A program made the position numbers and the translations under genes. A stretch of 64,000 bases of DNA. It comes from Candidatus Omnitrophota bacterium (GTDB taxonomy: Bacteria > Omnitrophota > Gorgyraeia > Duberdicusellales > 4484-171). The stretch lies in NCBI GenBank assembly GCA_016935525.1, contig JAFGQU010000017.1:9559-73558 (forward strand), given 5' to 3'. Within the stretch, counting starts at the first letter, position 1, and each line of letters opens with the position of its first letter. The notes under the pieces are model-generated. The model worked only from the letters and a program-made list of their open reading frames with translations, was not told the DNA's origin and did not search any database. Positions 19,469-28,241 of this stretch are shown piece after piece.

Positions 19469-20674
19469 TCACATGTCTCCTTTTAAAATCTCCACAATGC
19501 GCTGGGCCGCTTTCCCGTCCCATAAAGAAAGAGAAGGTAGCATTGCCGGGGGATTGTCAAGAATACGCATAGCATCGGTAATTATTTTCTCTTTATCACA
19601 ACCGACGATGATATTAGTGCCGGCATCGACCGTGATCGGCCGTTCGGTGTTCTCGCGTAACGTAAGACAGGGCACGCCTAAAACCGTGGTCTCCTCCTGC
19701 ATCCCGCCGGAATCGGTGAGAACCAGACGCGCTTCACTCATGAGTTTCAAGAAATCCAAATAGCCCAGAGGGTCTATTTGGATTAATCCATAGTCCATAG
19801 TCCGTAGTCCGTGGTTTATTTCTCCTTCTTTTCTCCATTCACGTGTGACTATGTGACTTCCCCGTTCCATAATATTTTTATACAGCGGGGTCCCGCTTAG
19901 ATATGTACATATCGGTGCGGGATGTGACTTTGTGACCTTTGCCAGAGCTTTGCGGGTACGGGGGTGGACGGGAAAGATCACCTTAATATGCCGGGATATC
20001 TCCTCTATTGCCTCCATTATTCCCTCTAAAACTTCGGGGTCGTCGACGTTTGAGGGACGATGCAGGGTCAATACCGCGTATTCTTTGGGTTTTATCCTAA
20101 GATCCTCTACTATTTTGGAATTTGCAGCTTGCTGCTTGTGCCTTAACAAAGTATCAATCATGACATTCCCCACAAAATAGATCTTATCTTCATTTACTCC
20201 TTCCCGAAGCAGATTTTCTTTGGCATCGGGTTCGGTCGTAAAAAGGTAATCCGAAATTGCGTCGGTCAATACCCGGTTGATCTCCTCCGGCATCGTCCGG
20301 TCGAAACTGCGCAGGCCCGCCTCGACATGAGCCACTTTTACGCCTAATTTAGAGGCGACCAGGGCGCAGGCAATAGTGGAATTCACATCACCAACGACTA
20401 CTACCAGGTCCGGTTTTTCTTTTATCAATACCGGTTCAAACCGTTTCATGATTTCGGCGGTCTGGGCCGCGTGAGATAAAGAACCGACCTCTAAATTGAT
20501 ATCCGGTTTAGGTATCCCTAATTCATCAAAAAACAGTTTTGACATCTTCTCGTCATAATGCTGGCCGGTATGGACAAGTACCGCTTCTATCTCGGGATGT
20601 TTTTTGTATTCATCCATGAGCGGCGCTATTTTCATGAAATTTGGTCTTGCCCCCGCCACATTAATAATCCTCAT
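19469..20674 (-). CDS. wecB: UDP-N-acetylglucosamine 2-epimerase (non-hydrolysing) carrying a ~43-aa in-frame insertion derived from a repeat element
   Basis: HTGQHYD ... LVVVGDVNST ... TDSGGMQEE epimerase_2 motifs. The insertion is encoded by 19790-19935. Confidence 0.9.
   Translation of the reverse strand: MRIINVAGARPNFMKIAPLMDEYKKHPEIEAVLVHTGQHYDEKMSKLFFDELGIPKPDINLEVGSLSHAAQTAEIMKRFEPVLIKEKPDLVVVVGDVNSTIACALVASKLGVKVAHVEAGLRSFDRTMPEEINRVLTDAISDYLFTTEPDAKENLLREGVNEDKIYFVGNVMIDTLLRHKQQAANSKIVEDLRIKPKEYAVLTLHRPSNVDDPEVLEGIMEAIEEISRHIKVIFPVHPRTRKALAKVTKSHPAPICTYLSGTPLYKNIMERGSHIVTREWRKEGEINHGLRTMDYGLIQIDPLGYLDFLKLMSEARLVLTDSGGMQEETTVLGVPCLTLRENTERPITVDAGTNIIVGCDKEKIITDAMRILDNPPAMLPSLSLWDGKAAQRIVEILKGDM
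19790..19935. repeat. composite family C + family A + AGCGGGACCCCGCT/TATAAAAAT sub-element inserted in-frame in wecB
   Basis: Reverse complement of 19830-19935 aligns at about 85% to 57555-57660. ccatagtccatagtccgtagtccgtgg at 19793-19820 is family C. Confidence 0.75.
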
Positions 20675-20689
20675 TATGTCCTCCTCAGT

Positions 20690-20765
20690 AATATTACAAA
20701 ATTACAAATTACAATAAACAAACTACAAACAAAAAGAAGAATAAACAAATCACAAACAGAAATAA
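20690..20765. repeat. family B (ATTACAA/ACAAACAA units) arm, left of cassette 2
   Basis: attacaaaattacaaattacaataaacaaactacaaacaaaaag... Confidence 0.55.
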
Positions 20766-20767
20766 TA

Positions 20768-21121
20768 CTATTTTGATTTATCAATAATAGCCGTAAAAAT
20801 ATTCCTAATCTCCTTGGATTCTTTTATATTAACGTTAATCTTATCCATAAACTCTTCACCGACTTCTTTTAAAAGTTCTAACCAGTATGAGCTTTCTTTA
20901 CATTCCTTTCTCGCGATCCGCATCCTATGGATAAAATCTTTTTTACTTAACTTTTCATTTGCTTCCCGGTAATTTGCTCCGACAGAACCGGATGATCGTA
21001 TCAGTTGGCTGATAATCTTTGAACTGATTACACTCTTAGGCAACATCTTGCATAACTTGATTACATCTTTAGCAAATTCAAGGGTTCTTTTCTCTAAATC
21101 GTATGGTTTATTTGCATCCAT
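20768..21121 (-). CDS. four-helix-bundle protein (PF05635/TIGR02436), copy 2
   Basis: 117 aa with the family pattern (FAKDV..LCKMLPK ... SQLIRSSGSVGANYREA). Divergent from the other copies. Confidence 0.8.
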   Translation of the reverse strand: MDANKPYDLEKRTLEFAKDVIKLCKMLPKSVISSKIISQLIRSSGSVGANYREANEKLSKKDFIHRMRIARKECKESSYWLELLKEVGEEFMDKINVNIKESKEIRNIFTAIIDKSK

Positions 21122-21165
21122 GTTTATCTCATTTGTAATTTGTATATTGTCTATTGTTTATTTCG
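21122..21165. repeat. family B arm, right of cassette 2 (inverted: ttgtaatttgtatattgtctattgtttatt)
   Basis: Reverse complement gives aataaacaatagacaatatacaaattacaaatg. Confidence 0.55.
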
Positions 21166-22371
21166 CATTACCTCATTATATATATCAAGGTATTTCGGCA
21201 CTATTTTAGGCCATTGGCGGTTGGCAACCACTTCTTCCCTGGCGGAAACACCTAATCGGCGGCGTAATTCTTCATTTTCGGACAAAGCGAGAACCTTATC
21301 CGCAAGGTCACTTGTATCGCCCGCTTTAAAATAGACTCCCGTCTTGCCATCCGTGACCAGTTCCTTTAATCCGCCGACATCGCTCACGATAACTGCCTTT
21401 TCCATCGCCATGGCTTCCAGCGGTTTTAACGGCGTTACCAGTTCGGTAATCCGTTTACTGATACGAGGGTATACCAGGATATCCATTACCGAATAACAAT
21501 CCATTATCTGTTCATGCGGAACTTTACCGGTAAACATCACGCAGTTTTCAAACACACCGAGCTCTTTGGCTAAAGCGCGCAGGTATTGATCTTCCACCCC
21601 ACCGCCGACGATAAGGAACTTGATATCACGATCCTTTTTAGTGATCCTCGAGGCGGCTTCGATCAAGATTTTAATCCCTTCGAACGTGAAGAACGAACCG
21701 ATAAAACCTACCACAAGTTTACCGGCAAGGTCGTATTCCTGAATTACTTTATCGGCTTTAGGCCGGGGTTTAAATTTTTGAGTGTCCACACCGTTTTCAA
21801 CGATATATACCGAATCCCGTTTCACTCTTACCGATACTTCATTTGTGATCCCTTCACAGATCCCGATTAAGGCATCGGCACCCCGCAGAAGTTTTGCTTC
21901 CATATACCGGCTGACCTTATACTTGAACGACCCCTCACTGAACCGGCCGAGATCCACCGCGGCATCTTCCCAGAACGCGCGCATCTCATACACAAATGGG
22001 ATCCCTGCTTTTCTCGCGGCACTCATCGCCGGCAAGCCGTTTAAAGAAGGCGAATGGGCGTGGATAATATCTATCTTTAACGGATCGATAAGCCTTAATA
22101 TTTTTTTCTCAAAGAGATTCATCACTGCTTTTTCCCGAATAAATGGCACCTGAAAAACTCCCGAAACATCCGCGGTAAAACGGTAATACGCGACTCCCTG
22201 GTTTTCTTCATAAGGAAAAGGCCGGAGATATTTGGGAGAGGTGATCACCGTAGGAATAATCCCTACCTCTTTCTGGAAATCGACAATAGATTTACTGCGG
22301 ATACTGTACCCGCTCAAATCAGGAACAGAGCGGTCAAGTACGTGAAGGACTCTCATAGTCTCAATTTTCAT
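21151..22371 (-). CDS. family 4 glycosyltransferase
   Basis: EAMAMEKAVIVSDVGGLKELV GT4 C-terminal motif. Confidence 0.85.
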   Translation of the reverse strand: MKIETMRVLHVLDRSVPDLSGYSIRSKSIVDFQKEVGIIPTVITSPKYLRPFPYEENQGVAYYRFTADVSGVFQVPFIREKAVMNLFEKKILRLIDPLKIDIIHAHSPSLNGLPAMSAARKAGIPFVYEMRAFWEDAAVDLGRFSEGSFKYKVSRYMEAKLLRGADALIGICEGITNEVSVRVKRDSVYIVENGVDTQKFKPRPKADKVIQEYDLAGKLVVGFIGSFFTFEGIKILIEAASRITKKDRDIKFLIVGGGVEDQYLRALAKELGVFENCVMFTGKVPHEQIMDCYSVMDILVYPRISKRITELVTPLKPLEAMAMEKAVIVSDVGGLKELVTDGKTGVYFKAGDTSDLADKVLALSENEELRRRLGVSAREEVVANRQWPKIVPKYLDIYNEVMRNKQ

Positions 22372-23582
22372 CCTTTCTTAATCGTTTTTTTTATCCAATT
22401 AGACGGATACCCCATCCCTTGCCGCAGGAAACGAAACATTGACACAAGAAACGGCATAGGATCATCAAACGCGAATGTCGCACACGACCGGACACGGAAT
22501 AGAGACAACATCCAGGGCAAAAACTTTAAAACCCCGGTACGATATTTTCTTCTAAACGAAGCGAAGTCCCGGATAAGATCGAGCCAGTACATATCATCTT
22601 TTTGATTAAAATTTATCCCCGCTAAAGACGAAGGAGAGACTATATCACAATAAGCGATATAGTTAAAGTCGACCCCGCAATCCGTAAATAGCTGATTGAC
22701 ATAACAGGACCTTAAGTTTGCTTCCAACAGGTAATATTCGCCGGTCGCCCGGCATTCGGCAAACTCCAGAAGGATAATACCCTGGAATCTTAGTTTTTCC
22801 AGAAACGGCACGGCAATGTCCCGTATTTTGGGTAACGGTTCGGTCTTTAAAAAACAGGCGATCCCGTAATCCGGCGGATACTGGCGCACTTTGCGTACGG
22901 TACTTGACGCGACAACTTGAGAATGCGCGTTGAAATATAAAGATACCATTACGATATAATCATCTCCTCCGCGTACCACTTCCTGGATCATCGCGTTATG
23001 GAACAAACCAGGGACAGCATCGTACATCTTTTCCAATTGCCGCGGGGCATCGACAATCATATTCTTCTTTTGTCGAAAATACACATTATTGAAAGTAACT
23101 CTCGGCTTTACGATCAACGGGAAAGAAAAATTTTCTTTTATATGGTCCACATCTGCCGAAGAGAGAACCTGTCTGGTCTGGGGTATCTTGACACCCCGCT
23201 CTAAGGCAAGCTCACGGATTCCGTTCTTTGAATTCAATTTATGTACCAGTTCTTTATCGGCCATACGGATCAAAAAATATTCGGAAAGCTTTTCTCTGTG
23301 TTCCGACACAAACTCAACATACCGGTCGTTCGTCGCAAAAAGGACGGCCTGGGTCAGTTTCCCGCCTAATTCGCATAATTGCGAAAGGAACCGGCCTTCA
23401 TCATCTCCCAAAGGGGAAAACCTTACTGGCCGACAATACCGGCTATACCGGCCTAATTCTCTGGGTTCCGAGTAGGCACCGACTACTTCAAGGCCTCTCC
23501 TCGCAAGACTACGCACCACGCCGAGGCCGTTTACACCTAAGCCTAATACTACGCAGGGAATTTTCGTTTCACTTCTATTCAT
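22368..23582 (-). CDS. ATP-grasp domain protein (carboxylate-amine ligase-like)
   Basis: N-terminal pre-ATP-grasp glycine-rich VVLGLGVNGLGVVRSL followed by a central ATP-grasp-like region. This is an inference from layout. Confidence 0.55.
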   Translation of the reverse strand: MNRSETKIPCVVLGLGVNGLGVVRSLARRGLEVVGAYSEPRELGRYSRYCRPVRFSPLGDDEGRFLSQLCELGGKLTQAVLFATNDRYVEFVSEHREKLSEYFLIRMADKELVHKLNSKNGIRELALERGVKIPQTRQVLSSADVDHIKENFSFPLIVKPRVTFNNVYFRQKKNMIVDAPRQLEKMYDAVPGLFHNAMIQEVVRGGDDYIVMVSLYFNAHSQVVASSTVRKVRQYPPDYGIACFLKTEPLPKIRDIAVPFLEKLRFQGIILLEFAECRATGEYYLLEANLRSCYVNQLFTDCGVDFNYIAYCDIVSPSSLAGINFNQKDDMYWLDLIRDFASFRRKYRTGVLKFLPWMLSLFRVRSCATFAFDDPMPFLVSMFRFLRQGMGYPSNWIKKTIKKG

Positions 23583-23585
23583 AAT

Positions 23586-24965
23586 TTAACTTTGGATATT
23601 CACGAGTTTTTGTATGAAAACCGGGGTTTTCCTGTTGGCGGTCTTAAAGACAGAATCGGAAAATTCAATCGTCACCTCAAGGTTATCACGGAATTTCTCG
23701 TCCAATTCTTTTTCAATCTTTTTAAGGTCTTCCGCCCGAAACCCGGTTTTTCTTACAAGCCTGAGAGTCATTTTCCCCTTTTCTTCCTGAATGAATTGGA
23801 ACTCAACGACCTGATCGGTGACTTTGGGAATAGTCACATTCGCAATAGGTATAGCCGCGTTATCTTTGCCGACGGCAAAGTTGCGTCTCCGGCCGCCGCT
23901 AAGTTCAAACAAGGGAAATCCTCTTTCGCAACTGCATTTCCTCTCTGATAAACGGCCGATATCGCCGGTTTCATAACGGATAAACGGCATCGCGTAATTG
24001 GTCAATCCGGTCGCAACGATATTTTTATATCCATTCTCATTATCGATAAACTCAGTAATCCCATATTCCGACGCTAAATGAAGCCCTTCATGTTTTTCAC
24101 ATTCAATACCCTGGACAACCCCTTCGTTAAGCCCATAACGGTCAAAACATTCGCAACCCCAGAAACTTTCTATTTCTTCTCTTTGCCAGTCGGAAAGATA
24201 TTCCGCGAAACAGAAGATCGCTTTCATATCCACCGGACGCGCTATGTTCCGGTCTTTCAGAAGTCTGGTAAATAACCCGATGATACTGGGATAAGCTTCG
24301 ATATATTGAATACGATACGATCTTAATTTTCGCGCGTACAGTTCGGCACTCACGGGATTAAGAGTATATGAGGACAATACCAGGACCCTGTTGACGGGAT
24401 GATAAAAAACGGGTCGCCTATCAGCCAGAGCCCATCCGGACATGATCGCCCGCCGCTCCCCTATCCTATGGCCGCCCCAGCCGAAATGCCGCCAGATAAA
24501 CGGGCCATGGAACCCGGAAACTTTAAGTTTCTGGTCGGTAAAAAATACTAACGGGGTTCCCGTAGTACCGCTTGTCCCGGACCGTATTAAATCATTGTCT
24601 TTGAAATTTTTAGCTTTTAAATCGTCTACGCGGGCCCGCACGATATCTTTCGTTAAAATCGGCAGTTTCGGCAGATCATGAACAGTGTGAATGTCTGAAG
24701 GGGTAAGTTTATTGGTACGAAATACTTCATGGTAATAGGGAACATTATTATACGCATGATGGATGAGTGCCTGCAGGTGTTCATTTTGATAGTTTTCCAG
24801 CTCTTGAGAAGACCACCATTGCGATTTTTCCAGAAAATCCAATTTTCTAAAAAAATCTTTACCTAATAAAGTTTTCAGGGGGATCAAATTTCTTGCGTAC
24901 CGGGTGGCCATCTTCACTATCGATATCTTTCCTAGAGAATCAATCATATCTTTCCTTTTTAGCAA
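23586..24965 (-). CDS. PaaK/CapK-like adenylate-forming enzyme (phenylacetate-CoA ligase / F390 synthetase family), paralog 1
   Basis: TSGTTGTPL P-loop-like AMP-binding motif. About 60% identical to 30041..31426. Confidence 0.8.
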   Translation of the reverse strand: MLKRKDMIDSLGKISIVKMATRYARNLIPLKTLLGKDFFRKLDFLEKSQWWSSQELENYQNEHLQALIHHAYNNVPYYHEVFRTNKLTPSDIHTVHDLPKLPILTKDIVRARVDDLKAKNFKDNDLIRSGTSGTTGTPLVFFTDQKLKVSGFHGPFIWRHFGWGGHRIGERRAIMSGWALADRRPVFYHPVNRVLVLSSYTLNPVSAELYARKLRSYRIQYIEAYPSIIGLFTRLLKDRNIARPVDMKAIFCFAEYLSDWQREEIESFWGCECFDRYGLNEGVVQGIECEKHEGLHLASEYGITEFIDNENGYKNIVATGLTNYAMPFIRYETGDIGRLSERKCSCERGFPLFELSGGRRRNFAVGKDNAAIPIANVTIPKVTDQVVEFQFIQEEKGKMTLRLVRKTGFRAEDLKKIEKELDEKFRDNLEVTIEFSDSVFKTANRKTPVFIQKLVNIQS

Positions 24966-25962
24966 TTACACCGGCAAGAATAAAAAATAACAACCCGCGC
25001 AGATGATTAATACGGATAGCCAGCGCTTTTTTGAATTCTTTTTTTGCTTCAAGAAATCTTGCCTGCTTAAAGTAAATCCGGCCCAGACGGTAATGGGATC
25101 GCATAGCCTCTTTTACGAGAAACCGGCGGCACTCCGGAGACATCCAGGGGTACTCTTTCGCTCTCTCACATACTTCAATCGTAGCTTTCATCACCTTCCC
25201 GCTGTCCAGGGTCAGGTTGTTTTCGTGAAGACGCCTTTTTACCATCGGTTTATCGATCACCCCGATCTTCAATTTATGGAGATTGCGGGTACAATATTCA
25301 TACATTTCCCGCGGATTTTGAGAAGTATTGAAAATATCCAGGTGCCGGCATACAGCAGTACGCATCATAAGTGTGGATTGCAATATAAAATTACCTTGTA
25401 AATACTCATACATGATATCGCCTTCAAAAATCTTATATTCCGGTACGTCAGGCGCGAATATTCTTGCCTTTATCTTCCGAACAGGGTTACCGGTAAAATA
25501 AGAATCTTTCATTTTTTCGATATCTCTAAAATTATGGAAATCGGTGATCACCATATCGATTTCCCGGCACCTATCCAGGAATTCGGCCTGCTGACGTAAT
25601 TTATCGGGTGACCATAGGTCATCGGCATCAAGAGTAGCGATATATTCGCCTTGAGCCTCTTTTAACGCGTGAAGACGGGCTTTCGCTACTCCCTGATTCT
25701 CCTGATAAAAATATCTTATTTTTTTAGAAGCGGAATCCCGCTGATCTAAACGCGGATTCACGCTGCTTTTGTCTATGGACTGTTGACTGTTGACCATGGA
25801 CCGGATGTAATCCTTGGTTACATCCGCCGTATCGTCGGTAGAGCCGTCATCTACGACAATCACCTCGAAGTCCCGATAGGTCTGAGCAAAAACCGAATCA
25901 AGGGCCTCGGCAATGTATTTCGCGGAATTATATGTGGGAATGATGACGGTTACTTTAGGCAT
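24940..25962 (-). CDS. family 2 glycosyltransferase
   Basis: VTVIIPTYNSAKYIAEALDSV ... VVDDGSTDDT. Confidence 0.8.
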   Translation of the reverse strand: MPKVTVIIPTYNSAKYIAEALDSVFAQTYRDFEVIVVDDGSTDDTADVTKDYIRSMVNSQQSIDKSSVNPRLDQRDSASKKIRYFYQENQGVAKARLHALKEAQGEYIATLDADDLWSPDKLRQQAEFLDRCREIDMVITDFHNFRDIEKMKDSYFTGNPVRKIKARIFAPDVPEYKIFEGDIMYEYLQGNFILQSTLMMRTAVCRHLDIFNTSQNPREMYEYCTRNLHKLKIGVIDKPMVKRRLHENNLTLDSGKVMKATIEVCERAKEYPWMSPECRRFLVKEAMRSHYRLGRIYFKQARFLEAKKEFKKALAIRINHLRGLLFFILAGVIAKKERYD

Positions 25963-27011
25963 GTCTCATGCTCCTTAGATCGATATTTGCTCAATTGTAC
26001 CAGAAATGTTTCGATGATCTCTTTCGACACACCTTCTTGAGCAAAAGCGCTGTGATGGGTAATCAATACGTTATCGAGACGATAAAATGGATAGCTGATA
26101 GGTAACGGTTCTTCATTACATACATCAAGACAAGCCCCGGCAATCTCCTTATCTTTTAAGGTTTTGATCAAATCGGCTTCATTCACGATCTCTCCTCTTG
26201 CCACATTGATCAACCAGGCGCTTTTCCTCATCACCTCCAATTGGGCCGTACCGATCAGATCTTTCGTTTCAGAAGTCAACGGACAGCTTAATACGATAAA
26301 ATCTGCCTGAGACAGGAAATCGTTCAATCCGTCCATCAGGAAGAACCGATCGACATGTTCATCGGTTTTTTGCACATTATCTATTGCCATAACATGCATA
26401 CGGAGGGTTTTGGCATACGCGGCGATTTTTGAGCCGATATTGCCCAGCCCGATGATCCCTACGATCACATCCGCAGTCATTCTTGACGGTAACACTTTCC
26501 ATTGACGTTTACGAAAAAGGGCAATATGGTCCGGTATATTTTTGGCTATACTCAAAATAACTCCGATGACGAACTCGGCAATCCGGTTACTATGAAGATT
26601 GCCGATATGAGTCAAAGTAATATCTTCCCTCTTCTCTAAAGCCGGTACGATATGTTCTACGCCGGTTTTGGTAGAATGTATCCACCGCAAACTCGGGAGT
26701 CGCGGTATCAACTCTTTCATCATCCTTTCATCAAAAACCCAGGTCGCTAAAAATACCTCCGCATCGCTTAAAATCCCGGCAGGTTTCTTCCCCGGAATAG
26801 AAAACTTATACCGCGTTTTCTCTTCGCTCCTCCGGCGCACCCAGCGATAGAATCCGTAAAACGGCAGGTGAAAAGCAAGCACAGAAAGAACCCGCCAGAA
26901 GACGGGAACTTTTTTATCCACAACAAGCCGTTCTATATCGCTTTTCGGGAGGATCTCTCTTATCCGGTCGATAAACTCATTTTTTATATGATCGGGGATA
27001 AGCACTTTCAT
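25950..27011 (-). CDS. D-isomer-specific 2-hydroxyacid dehydrogenase (NAD-binding)
   Basis: GIIGLGNIGSKIA Rossmann motif. A C-terminal catalytic His region (THHSAF). A ~100-aa N-terminal extension. Confidence 0.8.
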   Translation of the reverse strand: MKVLIPDHIKNEFIDRIREILPKSDIERLVVDKKVPVFWRVLSVLAFHLPFYGFYRWVRRRSEEKTRYKFSIPGKKPAGILSDAEVFLATWVFDERMMKELIPRLPSLRWIHSTKTGVEHIVPALEKREDITLTHIGNLHSNRIAEFVIGVILSIAKNIPDHIALFRKRQWKVLPSRMTADVIVGIIGLGNIGSKIAAYAKTLRMHVMAIDNVQKTDEHVDRFFLMDGLNDFLSQADFIVLSCPLTSETKDLIGTAQLEVMRKSAWLINVARGEIVNEADLIKTLKDKEIAGACLDVCNEEPLPISYPFYRLDNVLITHHSAFAQEGVSKEIIETFLVQLSKYRSKEHETCLK

Positions 27012-27013
27012 GA

Positions 27014-28237
27014 TTATTGGTTTAATAATACTTTTTCCATATACGCACGCATGACGAAAGTAGTTCCTATATGGATATTTTTCTTCTTAAGTTTTTTGCA
27101 AGCCACGTAACCGATACGGCCTAAATTCATTTTCTTAAATAGGCTATTTTTCCCTTTATCACTCATTAGCTCAAAATTGCGCCGGGCAATAGCCCTCGCC
27201 GCGTGAGCAATAGAGATATTTTCTTTTTGAGCTTTCTTAAGAAGCATTCGCACTTTCCGGGAAAACCCATTATGGAATATTTTTTCGATCGCATCGGCAT
27301 CAAATCCCTGTTCTCCCAGAAAATACCCTAAAATACCTCCGCAATTAGAGACAAATCCCGGTACATATTTAATATTCCGCTGGGCCAGCATATTCTCTAT
27401 TTCTTCGGTCACCGCGATATTGGCAATCGGGACGATTATCTTCGTCTTTAACCGACCCACATTGTCTTTTGTAATCACATCAGGCCGGGCGCCGGGAATG
27501 ACAATATCGGCTTCTTTAAAAAGCAATTCCTCTTTGGAGACCTTTTGGGCCAACTCATAATGGTCAATACATCCATCGCCATATAGTTTTTTAAGGTCGA
27601 TAAGTCTTGGTATATCCAGGCCGGCTTCATCAAAAATCCCCCCGCGTATAGTAGAGATCCCGGTTATGATCGCACCGGCCCGGGAAAACAATCGAGCGGC
27701 CTCTCCCCCTACCTTCCCAAACCCTTCGATGATGATCCTGGCTTGATCAAACGATTTTCCTTCATTTTTCAATATTTCCTGCGCCGTTAAAAATACGCTC
27801 AACGCGGTGAAATATTCACCTTTCAAAGATGTTTTTTGCGATTTCTTTTCGATTCCGGCTCCGGAGAGGATCACCTTTAAATCGTCCGAATCGATCCCCA
27901 TATCTTCTCCGGGAAAATATTTCTTAGACTTAAGCATATCTCCGATCTTTTCACCGAACTTGCGGCACAACGCCTCTTTCTGTGATTTAGAGAGCTCTCC
28001 GGGCAGGACAAAACCGGCTTTGGCTCCGCCTTTTCTTATATTAAGAAAACTGAATTTAAGCGTCATCTCATACGCAAGATTGGCAACCTCAACGAGCGAA
28101 ATATTCGGAGCAAGGCGTATCCCCCCGGTACCGGCACCGCCGAGGTATCGGTCGACCACAAGATATCCTTTAAGGCCGGTCGTTTCGTCTTCTACTTCCC
28201 GATAAAATACCGGTCCTAATTTTTGTAGCGGTTCCAT
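27014..28237 (-). CDS. Glu/Leu/Phe/Val-type amino-acid dehydrogenase
   Basis: GGAKAG-containing N-terminal catalytic-Lys motif and a C-terminal NAD(P) Rossmann GFGKVGG. Confidence 0.7.
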   Translation of the reverse strand: MEPLQKLGPVFYREVEDETTGLKGYLVVDRYLGGAGTGGIRLAPNISLVEVANLAYEMTLKFSFLNIRKGGAKAGFVLPGELSKSQKEALCRKFGEKIGDMLKSKKYFPGEDMGIDSDDLKVILSGAGIEKKSQKTSLKGEYFTALSVFLTAQEILKNEGKSFDQARIIIEGFGKVGGEAARLFSRAGAIITGISTIRGGIFDEAGLDIPRLIDLKKLYGDGCIDHYELAQKVSKEELLFKEADIVIPGARPDVITKDNVGRLKTKIIVPIANIAVTEEIENMLAQRNIKYVPGFVSNCGGILGYFLGEQGFDADAIEKIFHNGFSRKVRMLLKKAQKENISIAHAARAIARRNFELMSDKGKNSLFKKMNLGRIGYVACKKLKKKNIHIGTTFVMRAYMEKVLLNQ

Positions 28238-28241
28238 ATAT

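Larger units (their letters stand above)
20690..21165 (-). mobile_element. IVS-like cassette 2 (family B arms)
   Basis: Same architecture. Confidence 0.35.
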
